Below, one piece after another: positions 8,018 to 17,679 of a DNA stretch of 64,000 nt. The notes below the pieces were generated by a model. The model was not told the DNA's origin. It made no database searches and saw only the letters and a list, made by a program, of their open reading frames with translations. The stretch's first letter is position 1. Every line of letters starts with the position of its first letter. The DNA is from an uncultured Fibrobacterota bacterium. Its GTDB lineage: Bacteria; Fibrobacterota; Chitinivibrionia; Chitinivibrionales; FEN-1185. The position numbers and the translations under genes are program-made. The stretch spans positions 1 through 64,000 of the forward strand of contig CAVSQB010000028.1 in the NCBI GenBank assembly GCA_963729895.1, given 5' to 3'.

Positions 8018-9922
8018 TCATCTTGTTGCCGTCCTGGATTTTCCCTTTTCCGCAAGCGCTGCCTGCGCGTACGAGTCCGCTATTTTTCTTCCCTCCGGAT
8101 CGGTTGCGAAGAAGTAACGCAGCACTGCGCCGGCAATGGGCGCGGCAATGGTGCCGCCGTGGCCGGCGTTTTCCGCAACCGCGGAAATGGCAATGACCGG
8201 TTCCTCTGCGGGCGCGCATCCCATGAACAACGCATGCGTCTTCTCGCCCTGCGGGTTCTGGGCCGACCCGGTTTTCCCGCCCACCGGCACGTTTGGAACG
8301 GCAGCGCGCCCTCCGGTGCCGCCTGCCGCCATCACTTCTATGAGCGATTTGTGCAGGGTGGCGGTACTGGTTGAGTCGAGAGTGAGCGTTTTTGACACAA
8401 CAGGGCCTTGCTGGGCAACAACGATGCCGTCGCTATTGCGCACTTCCTTCATGAGATAGGGGCGGTACACAAACGTTCCATTGCCAAGTGCACCGGCAAG
8501 AGATGCAAGTTGAATCGGCGTTACAAGCTGGGTCTGGCCTATTGCCATATCCATGTTCAGCCCCGTGGTCCACACCCAACCCCGGGACGCAAATCGGCGG
8601 TTGTACTCTTCCTCGCCGGATAACCAACCCGCTTTCTCGCCGAACAGGTCCACGCCCGTCGGCTGCCCCAGGCCGTACATGTCAGCGGCCTTGTTGATGA
8701 TTTTGTCGCCCAGCCTCAGGCCCACCTGGTAAAAGTAAACGTCGCACGATGCCTTCACCGCGCCCACGAGATCGAGGCTGCCGTGTCCCTTGAGGTCCCA
8801 GCAGTGGGCAACGCGGCTGCCGAACCTGAAAGAGCCGTAACACGGAACGGGCATGTGCGTTTGAGCGGTGAGCTTGCCGCTCATGAGCCCGGCCGCGGCG
8901 GTTACCAGCTTGAACGTCGAACCGGGGGGATAGGTTCCCGCAATGGCGCGGTTGTTAAGCGGCAAGTTCGAGTCGAGCGCTATGGCGGCCCAGTTTCTGG
9001 AACGCATGGCAGCAGACGCCGAAAAAATGTTCGGGTCCACACTCGGGCTCGAATACATGACAAGCACCTCGCCGTCACGCGGATCGAGCGCAACAACCGA
9101 GCCCTTGAAGGCGCCGGGGAACGAGTCAGCGGCAACCGTTTGCAAATTCACGTCGATGGTAAGATACAGGTTGCCGCCGGGGACGGGCTCGGTGCGCGGC
9201 ATGTCCTTGATGGTGCCCAGGCTCTTGCCGTAGGCATTCACCTCCACATATTCCTGACCGTCCCTGCCGCGAAAAATGTCCTCATACTGGCGCTCGATGC
9301 CCGCCTTGCCGACGAGGTCGCCGAAGCGGTAGCCGAGGTTCTTGAGGGAATCAAATTGATTTTCGGGAATCTCGCTCATATATCCCAAGACATGGAACGC
9401 CTTGGCGCCCAGCGGATATTCGCGTCGCGATTCGGTTTCCACGGTTATGCCGGGCAGTTCCATGGAATGTTCTTCCACAATGGACACGAGTTCCATGGAC
9501 ACGTCTTCCTTGAGCCGCCGCGCCGGGTCGAACCGGTGCCGCTGTGCGTCGCGAAGGGCCTGCCACAGTTCCACGCTGTCGAACACGGCGGCGCCGCGAG
9601 AGTCGCGGATCTTGAGTAGGTTCTTTACAATCTCGGAACGCTTCTTCACTTTGTACGGCAGCACACAAATGGAGTATGACGGCCGGTTGCGCGCCAGCAC
9701 GACGCCGTTCCGGTCGAGAATCAGCCCGCGAGGCGCCTTGATCACGCGCAATTGCACGCCGTTTTCCTTGGACAGGCGGATGTTGAGTTGGCCCTGGACC
9801 ACCTGGAGATAGAAGAGGCGGACAAACAGGATGGCAAACAGGACGGATACCACAATGCAGAGCCGGACGCTTTTGCTTGTTCGTTCCTGTTGGTCGTCCT
9901 GAAAGTGCGAGCTTATGGGCAT
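8018..9922 (-). CDS. mrdA: Penicillin-binding protein 2
   Basis: N-terminal TM, APRGLILDRNG, YPPGSTFK, SCDVYFY, KTGS. Lies in the mre operon. Confidence 0.95.
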   Translation of the reverse strand: MPISSHFQDDQQERTSKSVRLCIVVSVLFAILFVRLFYLQVVQGQLNIRLSKENGVQLRVIKAPRGLILDRNGVVLARNRPSYSICVLPYKVKKRSEIVKNLLKIRDSRGAAVFDSVELWQALRDAQRHRFDPARRLKEDVSMELVSIVEEHSMELPGITVETESRREYPLGAKAFHVLGYMSEIPENQFDSLKNLGYRFGDLVGKAGIERQYEDIFRGRDGQEYVEVNAYGKSLGTIKDMPRTEPVPGGNLYLTIDVNLQTVAADSFPGAFKGSVVALDPRDGEVLVMYSSPSVDPNIFSASAAMRSRNWAAIALDSNLPLNNRAIAGTYPPGSTFKLVTAAAGLMSGKLTAQTHMPVPCYGSFRFGSRVAHCWDLKGHGSLDLVGAVKASCDVYFYQVGLRLGDKIINKAADMYGLGQPTGVDLFGEKAGWLSGEEEYNRRFASRGWVWTTGLNMDMAIGQTQLVTPIQLASLAGALGNGTFVYRPYLMKEVRNSDGIVVAQQGPVVSKTLTLDSTSTATLHKSLIEVMAAGGTGGRAAVPNVPVGGKTGSAQNPQGEKTHALFMGCAPAEEPVIAISAVAENAGHGGTIAAPIAGAVLRYFFATDPEGRKIADSYAQAALAEKGKSRTATR

Positions 9923-9931
9923 TGCAAACGT

Positions 9932-10429
9932 TTATTTCCTGACCGTGGGTTTGGGAAGCATCTCCCAAACGTAAAACAGCGCCGCCACGGCAATCGAATA
10001 CAGCGCCCGGGGCAGGGTATGAAAGAACAGCCCGGATAAGACGGTCGACACGGGATCGCCGATCATCACAACCTGGACAACGAGGAAAATCGCATCGTGG
10101 ACGATGAACACCACGAGCAACAGGACGCTCTTGATGAGCGGATCGGTTCGCATCGTGCGCTCATTAAACAAGCCGATGAACGCGCCCGTTATGGTTTTTG
10201 CAAACGCGTTTTGTCCCAGGAGCGAGGGAGAGTAGAGATCTTGGCCCAGCCCCAGAACAAAGCCCACAAAGATGCCGGGCAGTACTCCGTACTTGATGGA
10301 AAAGAAAAACAGGACCACAATGAGGAGGTCCGGCTTTACGCCGGCAATGGAAATGACGGGCACGAACGATGTCTGCAGAATAAGCGACACCACGAACGCA
10401 ATCACCCATTTCGCCACGTCCGACATCAT
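9932..10429 (-). CDS. mreD: Rod shape-determining protein MreD
   Basis: Hydrophobic, GVKPDLL, GLGQDL. Between mreC and mrdA. Confidence 0.9.
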   Translation of the reverse strand: MMSDVAKWVIAFVVSLILQTSFVPVISIAGVKPDLLIVVLFFFSIKYGVLPGIFVGFVLGLGQDLYSPSLLGQNAFAKTITGAFIGLFNERTMRTDPLIKSVLLLVVFIVHDAIFLVVQVVMIGDPVSTVLSGLFFHTLPRALYSIAVAALFYVWEMLPKPTVRK

Positions 10430-11259
10430 TTGGCATTCTCAAGGGAATCGAGTTCGCTTTTGAAAGCGGCCCACTGCGGCGACATTTTAATGACAAAAAC
10501 TTCTTCCATACGATCGAAATTCACTTCGGGTTTCACCGACGCCTTCTTGAAGATCGGGTCGCGGTTTTCCTCAAGTTTTGTCACCGTGCCGGCCAAAAGC
10601 CCTTTCGGATAAATACCTCCGAGTCCCGAAGTGACCAGAGTGTCGCCGACCGCGACGTCGGCGTGTGCGCGGAACATGATGAAGAAGTCGGTGCCATCGG
10701 TCGTTTCCAGGATGCCGACTTCCCTGGTGCGTCCGATCATGACGCTGGTCCTGTTTGCCGGATCTACCAGGAGTTGCACGAGGCTCATGTGCCCCATGAC
10801 CAGGACGATTTTGCCGGCAACGCCGCGACCGGTCATCACAGGCATAGAGGGCAGAATGCCGTCACTGCCGCCAACGTTGACAATTGCGCTACGCGAAACG
10901 AACGACGGATCACGCACCACAACGCGTGCGGGAACAAGGGTAAAGGAAAACTGCTTCGAAATGCCGAGCATTTGGGTGAGCCGCTCGTTTTCACGGGAGT
11001 TTTCGGTTGTTTGCGCAGCCTTTACGGATAGGGATGCGATCTCCTCTTTGAGCCTGCGGTTTTCGGCATAGATATTCTTGATTTGGGCGGTCTGGTTGAA
11101 GTAGAATTGGAACGGGTAAAAAACGCTGATGGTAAGGACGCGCGCAATGCGCTGCTGCTGCACCTGAGTGCTCGACAGCATCAGGATGCTGGCAACCGAT
11201 GTAATAAGCAGCGAGGTACTGTTGAGATGGGAGACAAAAAGCCGGATGATCCACTGCAT
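10426..11259 (-). CDS. mreC: Rod shape-determining protein MreC
   Basis: Coiled coil EN.RL, GD.LVTSGLGGIYPKG. Confidence 0.93.
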   Translation of the reverse strand: MQWIIRLFVSHLNSTSLLITSVASILMLSSTQVQQQRIARVLTISVFYPFQFYFNQTAQIKNIYAENRRLKEEIASLSVKAAQTTENSRENERLTQMLGISKQFSFTLVPARVVVRDPSFVSRSAIVNVGGSDGILPSMPVMTGRGVAGKIVLVMGHMSLVQLLVDPANRTSVMIGRTREVGILETTDGTDFFIMFRAHADVAVGDTLVTSGLGGIYPKGLLAGTVTKLEENRDPIFKKASVKPEVNFDRMEEVFVIKMSPQWAAFKSELDSLENAK

Positions 11260-11331
11260 GGTGTGCTCAAATCAGGATTTTCCGGATTTGGGAGCGGGAA
11301 ACCAGCATTACGTTTCGCTGTCTAATGTCTG

Positions 11332-11420
11332 CCCCTAAATCCCCCGAAGGGGGACACAAGGAAATTATTATGTGCAACAAAATGTTCTTCCAATAAGTCC
11401 CCCTTCGGGGGATTTAGGGG
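11332..11420. repeat. REP/REPIN-like element: perfect 24-bp inverted repeat with 41-bp spacer
   Basis: CCCCTAAATCCCCCGAAGGGGGAC (11332-11355) and GTCCCCCTTCGGGGGATTTAGGGG (11397-11420). Each arm contains a TCCCCC-NNN-GGGGGA hairpin. Confidence 0.85.
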
Positions 11421-11440
11421 GTTTGAGTCCGCTTTGACTT

Positions 11441-12472
11441 CTACCGTCTCCTGCCGGTATTCAGAAGCACCGGCTTGTACGTTTCGAGATTCTCGATAAT
11501 CTTGAGCGCTCCGCGTGCGACGCAGGTGAGCGGGTCGTCGATCACGTTCACCGGAAGGTTTGTTTCCTGGCGCAGCCGCTCGTCGAGTCCGCGCAGCAGT
11601 GAGCTTCCGCCGGTCATGATTATGCCTTTGTCAAGAATATCGGCGGATAACTCGGGCGGCGTTCTCTCAAGCGCCTGTTTTACCGCCTCGACGATGGTGG
11701 AAATGGGCTCGTTGAGCGCATCCCGGATTTCCGTTGACGTGATGCGAAGCGTCTTGGGAATGCCCGCAACCAGATCGCGTCCCTTTACCTCCATTTCGAG
11801 CTCGTCTTCGAGAGGAAAGGCGGACCCGATCTGGATTTTTATCTGCTCCGCGGTGCTTTCGCCGATAAGGAGATTGTAGGTCTTCTTGAGGTAGGAAACG
11901 ACGGCCTCGTCCATTTCGTCCCCGCCGACGCGCACCGACATGTCACATACCATCCCGAACAGGGCGATCACCGCGATTTCGGCCGTGCCGCCGCCGATAT
12001 CGATCACCATGTTTCCCGACGGCTCGTTTACCGGGATGCCCATGCCGATGGCCGACGACATGGGTTCGGCAACCAGATATACTTCGCGCACGCCGGCGCT
12101 TTCGGCAGAGTCGATAACGGCGCGCTTTTCCACCTCGGTGATTCCCGACGGGACCCCGATAACGGCGCGTGGCCGGAAGAACGAAGGGTACTTCTGCACC
12201 CTCTTGATAAAATGCTTGAGCATTTCCTCAACGAGGTCGAAGTCGGCGATTACGCCGTCTTTCATGGGGCGAATGGCCTCGATTTCACCCGGAGTCCTTC
12301 CCAACATGCGCTTTGCTTCAAGCCCGATGGCGGCAACCCGACCGGTGCTTTTGTCAAGCGCGACCACTGAGGGCTCATCGATAAGAAGTCCCCTGCCGCT
12401 CACGTAGATCAGGGTATTTGCGGTCCCGATATCTATGCCGAGGTCGTTGGAGAGAAAAGGGAAGAGAGCCAT
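11441..12472 (-). CDS. mreB: Rod shape-determining protein MreB
   Basis: GIDIGTANT, EPSVVA, DGVIADF, DIGGGT, TGG.SLL. Confidence 0.97.
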   Translation of the reverse strand: MALFPFLSNDLGIDIGTANTLIYVSGRGLLIDEPSVVALDKSTGRVAAIGLEAKRMLGRTPGEIEAIRPMKDGVIADFDLVEEMLKHFIKRVQKYPSFFRPRAVIGVPSGITEVEKRAVIDSAESAGVREVYLVAEPMSSAIGMGIPVNEPSGNMVIDIGGGTAEIAVIALFGMVCDMSVRVGGDEMDEAVVSYLKKTYNLLIGESTAEQIKIQIGSAFPLEDELEMEVKGRDLVAGIPKTLRITSTEIRDALNEPISTIVEAVKQALERTPPELSADILDKGIIMTGGSSLLRGLDERLRQETNLPVNVIDDPLTCVARGALKIIENLETYKPVLLNTGRRR

Positions 12473-12676
12473 AGGGCAAGCCTCATATCAACCAAAGATT
12501 CGAGCTGACTTAATTAATTAAGTACTGGCAATAAAGGCGCTGCGGGCTTTAAAAAATAATAAGTTACATGCATAGCGCCGCCACATTGATGGTCCAACGA
12601 AAAAATATACAATAATGGCATCGGTTCGTGTATAGAATTGTGGGCACGATGGCAAATTCCGGCTTTGCGCACCCGG

Positions 12677-14080
12677 CTACTGTTTTGGCACCGCGGGAGG
12701 CGCTTGCGTTTTTGCCGAATCGGCCCGCGCTTTCAGGTCAAGCGGTTTGGGCGCGATTGTGGAATCTGTTCTCGCGGGAAGAACGGCAATGCTGTCGGAG
12801 TGCGCGGTTGCGCCTGTGCCGATAGCCTTTTGTGAAGGGACCGCGGCGGTATCTTTCGCCGCCGGCACTGTCTGCGCTTTGCGATCAACGGATGTGGGCG
12901 AGGCCGTCGAGTCTGCTTTTGCGGGAAGAACGGCAACGCTGTCGGAATGCGAGGTTGCGCCTGCGCCGATAGCCTTTTGTGAAGGGACCGCAGCGGTATC
13001 TTTTGGCGGCGCCGTCTGCGGCGCCGCGCCTTTCACCACCGCCGGTTGCTGAATGATAATTGGCTGCGACAACGATCTTCTCGGTTTCGCAGCAGGCTGT
13101 CTGGGCGGCGCAAGCGTGTAGGTGAGGGACAAATAAGGGTCTACCTCCAGGTCGCTCACGAGAGAGGACAACGTAAAGGCAAGGTCAAAAGAAAGCATCG
13201 CAAATCTGAGCCCGCCGCCGAACGAGAAAAGCTCGGTTTCGTAGTTGAACCGTTTTCCCACTCGCAAAGCGACGTATTGGGTGGGCCACGCCTCGATGCC
13301 GACGGGCACGGTCATGCGGTTGAGGATCTGGGAGGCGGACGTTACCTTGTTCCCGACGTCGCGGTATACGACATCGCCGGTGATCGTGTAGGCGATCCGG
13401 AAAAGTGTGTCGGAGTAGGCCGCGCCCGCGCGACCGCTGCGAGGCAGCGGCGCTCCCTCGCCGAAAGATCTCGTATCGTCGAGTCCGCCCGTTGTGGTGC
13501 CTACATTAAGAACGGCAGCGCCAAGGGTGAGCTTCTGCGGAACGAGCCAATAGGCGAGGCCCGCGGAAACGCAGATTCCGTAAGAGGTGTAGGACACGAT
13601 TCTTTCCTGTAAACCTGTAACTGCCAGCCCGAGACCCAAGTCGTCGCGTTTGAAACCGAAGCACAGCGAAAAGGCCGAGCCGTCGTACGATCCGGGGATA
13701 TTGTAGTTGGGGCCGTCATTGAAATCCGCGGGAATTATGCCGCCGATAAAATGGTTCGTGAAATTTGCGCCCACAAACATATTGGAGAAGGTCCAGGCGC
13801 CTTCGCAGGAGGCGATGGTGTATTCCGACGGGAGTGGGGCGTACTCTATATTCAGGTACGGCCTGTCGGTGAGCATGGGCGATGCCGGATTGTACCCTGC
13901 AAAACCCGAGCCTCCGAGCGCGGTACCGGCAAACCCGAGCCCAATCTGGCGAACGGACGGAGGATAATCGAGAAACTGGAACCCTGCCATAGAAGCTTCT
14001 TCGCTCTGGGCGGATGCATTTGCCCAGAGGCCGATCAGCAGGATCAGCGGAATAACGAGCCGTTCAATTGTTTGTTTCAT
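12677..14080 (-). CDS. PorV/PorQ-like outer-membrane beta-barrel with long low-complexity C-terminal tail
   Basis: Signal peptide, then FQFLDYPPSVRQIGLG...YNPA (FadL/PorV-type N-terminus), alternating beta strands, LNVG, LPRSGRAG, then an Ala/Pro/Ser/Thr tail. Confidence 0.7.
   Translation of the reverse strand: MKQTIERLVIPLILLIGLWANASAQSEEASMAGFQFLDYPPSVRQIGLGFAGTALGGSGFAGYNPASPMLTDRPYLNIEYAPLPSEYTIASCEGAWTFSNMFVGANFTNHFIGGIIPADFNDGPNYNIPGSYDGSAFSLCFGFKRDDLGLGLAVTGLQERIVSYTSYGICVSAGLAYWLVPQKLTLGAAVLNVGTTTGGLDDTRSFGEGAPLPRSGRAGAAYSDTLFRIAYTITGDVVYRDVGNKVTSASQILNRMTVPVGIEAWPTQYVALRVGKRFNYETELFSFGGGLRFAMLSFDLAFTLSSLVSDLEVDPYLSLTYTLAPPRQPAAKPRRSLSQPIIIQQPAVVKGAAPQTAPPKDTAAVPSQKAIGAGATSHSDSVAVLPAKADSTASPTSVDRKAQTVPAAKDTAAVPSQKAIGTGATAHSDSIAVLPARTDSTIAPKPLDLKARADSAKTQAPPAVPKQ
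12774..13003 (-). repeat. Intragenic direct repeat, two ~83-bp copies 147 bp apart
   Basis: 12774-12856 and 12921-13003 both encode KDTAAVPSQKAIG(A/T)GAT(S/A)HSDS(V/I)AVLPA. Confidence 0.9.
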
Positions 14081-14342
14081 ACTGGGGTTTCAAAGATACA
14101 TTGTGAAAACAAGACGAAACACGATTGCGGCCCCTTTCCGCGACTGGGACCGGCAGCTTTTCCTCGTTTGTGTATCAATCCGTTTGCCCGAATACGCATT
14201 GCTCCATTGACTTATTTGGAGATTTGCGGACGCGGCCACTCACGCAGGATTGTATGAGTGGTAGCCATGGTGCCGCTTTGCTCGCATTGACACGCAGGTT
14301 CCGGGGCACCGAATACGTCACCGTTACATCTCCGTCAACTCT

Positions 14343-15461
14343 TTAAAATCCGTACACGACGTCCAGCTTCTGGTCCACACCGGCCCAAACTTCATCGGTA
14401 GTAAGGGCGTAGTTCAGCACAAGTCCCTTTCGTACATAAGACAGGTCGAGTCCGAAGCCGGCGGTAATCTTGAGGGCGAAATTCTGGGAATACGATTGCC
14501 AATCGGAAACGATGTCGCGGTCGACCGTAATGCTGCCGATGCCGGCGCGGAGGCAGAACGTTTTCCACCGGCGCCATTCGAACCCGGTAAACAGTTGCGC
14601 CTGCATTTCGCTCAGCTTTGTAAAGGATCCGTCGACAATATACCCGTCGACATCGCAGGTCCAAAGGAGCGGATATCCGGCAAGCAGGCCGTGATAGGCG
14701 CTTGCAATCACAAACACCGGCAAGACCAGGTCGCTCAGGGAGTTTGGACTGCCGAAGCCGCTTGCGTCGGTGGTGCTCACGCCCTGCTCGGAAGATGGGG
14801 AAACCTGCCAGTCAAAGCTGATGCCGGCGGGTGCGCCGGAGAGCATTTGCAAAAGGTCGACATCGCGGACCGCAAGCGCAAGTGTCAAACTGTCGGTGAG
14901 CCTGTAGCGAACGGCAAGTGAAAATCCGCCAACGGCCGTGGCATCGGAATAGTTGAGCGTGGTGTTTGTATATGAGGTGGGCAATTCCTGGTAAAAGTAC
15001 CCAATTGAAAGCCCGGCGGACAGCCTCCGGGAGATAAGATAGCTCAGGCCCGCCTTCACCGTAAAGGTGGTGTAGGCGCCGTTATCGAGTTTTTCTTCCG
15101 AGGCGTTGTACAGGTCGTTGATAAAAGGGTCGCCGCGGTACAGCACGTACAGGCCGACGCCCACACGGGGCGGGAGTTTGAATTCGAGCGAGGCGAACGC
15201 TTCGGTGCGGCCCTGTGAATACAGGCCGGTGCCCACGCTCAGAACCGATTTGTCTATAAGCGAGAGTTCGGCGGGGTTCCACCAGGTGGAACAGTAGGAC
15301 GGCGATGCAGTCTGGCCGCCGCCCATAGCGGCAGCCTGCGCGTCAACGGGCGCTCGCAGGTACGCGCCCGCTTCGCCGCCGGTCTGGGCCCACGAACCGG
15401 CGATGGCGCACAAAACGGCCACATAGAAGGCGGGTTTACTTTGCGACAATGATTTTTCCAA
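14343..15461 (-). CDS. Second PorV/PorQ-like outer-membrane beta-barrel
   Basis: AGAYLRAPVDAQAAAMGG...WWNPAEL N-terminal motif, beta strands, C-terminal Y-x-F. Start uncertain. Confidence 0.68.
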   Translation of the reverse strand: MEKSLSQSKPAFYVAVLCAIAGSWAQTGGEAGAYLRAPVDAQAAAMGGGQTASPSYCSTWWNPAELSLIDKSVLSVGTGLYSQGRTEAFASLEFKLPPRVGVGLYVLYRGDPFINDLYNASEEKLDNGAYTTFTVKAGLSYLISRRLSAGLSIGYFYQELPTSYTNTTLNYSDATAVGGFSLAVRYRLTDSLTLALAVRDVDLLQMLSGAPAGISFDWQVSPSSEQGVSTTDASGFGSPNSLSDLVLPVFVIASAYHGLLAGYPLLWTCDVDGYIVDGSFTKLSEMQAQLFTGFEWRRWKTFCLRAGIGSITVDRDIVSDWQSYSQNFALKITAGFGLDLSYVRKGLVLNYALTTDEVWAGVDQKLDVVYGF

Positions 15462-17007
15462 ACGATCTCTCTCCGCTTTGTGCGGTTATTCTGAAATAGT
15501 AAACTCCCACGGCCACGCGCTTGCCCGCGTTGTTGGTGCCGTCCCAGAAGTCCCGGGTCCTGTCGGTGCTCCTGCCGTTTCCGAGGGGGTCGTCTTTGCC
15601 GGCCTTCCGGTCTTCGTTGGTGATGATGTTCTTGACAAGGTCCATGTTCCAGTCGTACACCGCAATGCTCACCTTTGAGGCCTTTGAAAGGCTGTACGCA
15701 AAAATCGACCGCGTTTGCTGCGAATAGTCGCCGGTGAGAATGCCGGGATACGCGTACGTCTGCTTGAGGCCGCCCTGGATCACCTGCTCGCGATGGACAT
15801 ACACGAACGGAATCCGGTAGCGCTCGCCGCTTCTCTCGTCTCGCGTGAAGAAGAGCCCGTTATTGATGACGCCGGAAGAAGCGGCGCCTATCCACAGCGA
15901 ACCGGTGCTGTCGGATTTTGGAAGATACAAGACGTCGGTGATCAGGTCCGGAGTGTTGTTGTTCATGGCAACGGCGATTCTGGTGTGAAACGACGATTGG
16001 CTGCATATGAGCGTGTCGCCCGCCGACCGGACGAGAGTGTCGCTTCTGCTGCCGGCGGCGGCCTGGACATTGTTCGGTCGTACCGAAAGGTACACGATAC
16101 TGTCCGGCCCGAAGGTAATCGAGGTGGCTCCTTTAAGGAACGAATAGGTTATCCATGCACCTGAAGCGGTATCGTATCTGTACAGCGAGGTGTCCGGTTG
16201 TCCCGCACTGCTTTTTGTTGCGATGGTCGCAAAAAGAAGCGGGGAGCGCGCGGAGGAAAACGCGTCAATATATTGACTGAAGGTAATCGAGGGAACGCCG
16301 ATGCGGGCGGGAAGCGAGTCCCATGAAGTGTCTTTGGTGGAGAACCGGTACAGCACGGCCGGGGTCAGCACGTTCAGCACGGCCGAATCGGCGCCGGAGG
16401 ACTGTACGCTCACCTCGATCACGCGTCTCGCAGAATCGGGAAACGGGGCAAGACCGCTCACGGTATCGAGCAGCACCGTGGAAGGGTTGAAGCTTCTCTT
16501 GGCGTTAGGGAAGAAGGTGCTGATCGTTCCCGGATGTGACGGATCCCACCTGGCCAGGCCGCCGTCCATGCAGGCGAGCCAGAAGTACCCGTTTGCCCAG
16601 GTCACCCCGGCCGCCTTGAATACGGCGCCGTTGACGGCGGAGTCGAGTCGGAAGGGTAATGCCAGACTGTCGTACGAATGAGCGGTGTGGGAGTAATACC
16701 AGAGTGTGCCGATCTTTTTGTACGGCGCTGTGTCGAGGCACACCACGGCGGTACCGCCGCCGAAGCCCATGGCCAGCACCGACAGAGGCGCCTTGTATCC
16801 GAGCCACGACAACGTGTCGGATATTGCAATAGTGAAGTTAAGGCCCTGGTCGGTCACCATCCAGAGCGTGTCACCGTTGCCCGCAAAACCGTAGATGTTG
16901 TTGCTGGTAATTTCCTTTGTGGGAAGATCAGCCGCATACGCGGAGGTACAGGCGCACGCGAGGATCGCGGCGGCAAGACCGGCTCGCCGGATATTATCTC
17001 TGGTCAA
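15436..17007 (-). CDS. Exported beta-propeller-like protein with T9SS/FlgD-Ig-like C-terminal domain (PorZ-like architecture)
   Basis: TTG start after AAAGGAG, signal peptide, blade-like LW..TD.GL / FW.AC.DGGL / LWIG....GL repeats. C-terminal YAYP...VYDWNMDLVK...WDGTN..G..V..GVYY...GKIIVAK. Confidence 0.65.
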   Translation of the reverse strand: MTRDNIRRAGLAAAILACACTSAYAADLPTKEITSNNIYGFAGNGDTLWMVTDQGLNFTIAISDTLSWLGYKAPLSVLAMGFGGGTAVVCLDTAPYKKIGTLWYYSHTAHSYDSLALPFRLDSAVNGAVFKAAGVTWANGYFWLACMDGGLARWDPSHPGTISTFFPNAKRSFNPSTVLLDTVSGLAPFPDSARRVIEVSVQSSGADSAVLNVLTPAVLYRFSTKDTSWDSLPARIGVPSITFSQYIDAFSSARSPLLFATIATKSSAGQPDTSLYRYDTASGAWITYSFLKGATSITFGPDSIVYLSVRPNNVQAAAGSRSDTLVRSAGDTLICSQSSFHTRIAVAMNNNTPDLITDVLYLPKSDSTGSLWIGAASSGVINNGLFFTRDERSGERYRIPFVYVHREQVIQGGLKQTYAYPGILTGDYSQQTRSIFAYSLSKASKVSIAVYDWNMDLVKNIITNEDRKAGKDDPLGNGRSTDRTRDFWDGTNNAGKRVAVGVYYFRITAQSGERSFGKIIVAK

Positions 17008-17620
17008 GGACTCGCGCTCCTTTCGGCACCTCAAAAACAAAAGTTTGCGGCGGTGCGGCCCTGCCGAAAACGATATGGGCAAACGTGTAGGCGCTCTCGT
17101 TGCCGTTCTTGTCAACGACAACCAGGCGTCTCACGGCGCCTGTTTTTTTGTCCGCCGTGATGCTCACGGATACAACTTCCGCTGCCTTCGCTGTCTGGGT
17201 GTCGGCCTTCCATTCGAGGACCTCGTTTGCGCCGGAACCGGCCCTGGGCGCAAGCGGATACTCGGAGCAATATTTTGTTATTGCGTGAGACGGCAGCACC
17301 GAGTTGTCCAGCGACGAAAGGGATTTAATCACCGCTTGTCCGATGGTCTTGTCGTACTGCCACAGCGTCGTTCCGTCGCTCACCCAGAGCCCCCCGCCAA
17401 GCTCAATGCGGAATCTGTCGCGCGGAGCAAGAACGATCGATCCGTGCTGTGTTTCCTCTTTTTCGCGGATTTTCCACGCGATATGGAGATCGAACGATGC
17501 CGACAGCGGCGTGTTGCCCGAGTAGTTCTCTTTGATCCGGTCCAGCAGGCCCATTTCTTGACAGAAGCAAGGAACGGCCATCACGGCGACACACGCGAGC
17601 GAACGTAGTTTGTTTTGCAC
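16994..17620 (-). CDS. lolA: Outer-membrane lipoprotein carrier LolA
   Basis: Signal peptide, P.DRFRIE, VSDGTTLWQYD, F.FEVPKGARVLDQR. Downstream of ftsK. Confidence 0.85.
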   Translation of the reverse strand: MQNKLRSLACVAVMAVPCFCQEMGLLDRIKENYSGNTPLSASFDLHIAWKIREKEETQHGSIVLAPRDRFRIELGGGLWVSDGTTLWQYDKTIGQAVIKSLSSLDNSVLPSHAITKYCSEYPLAPRAGSGANEVLEWKADTQTAKAAEVVSVSITADKKTGAVRRLVVVDKNGNESAYTFAHIVFGRAAPPQTFVFEVPKGARVLDQR

Positions 17621-17679
17621 ATCGCCTCAAACGGTAAAATTACGCATATCCCGAGAAAATGTTTGTCCCGGTTTTCTTT

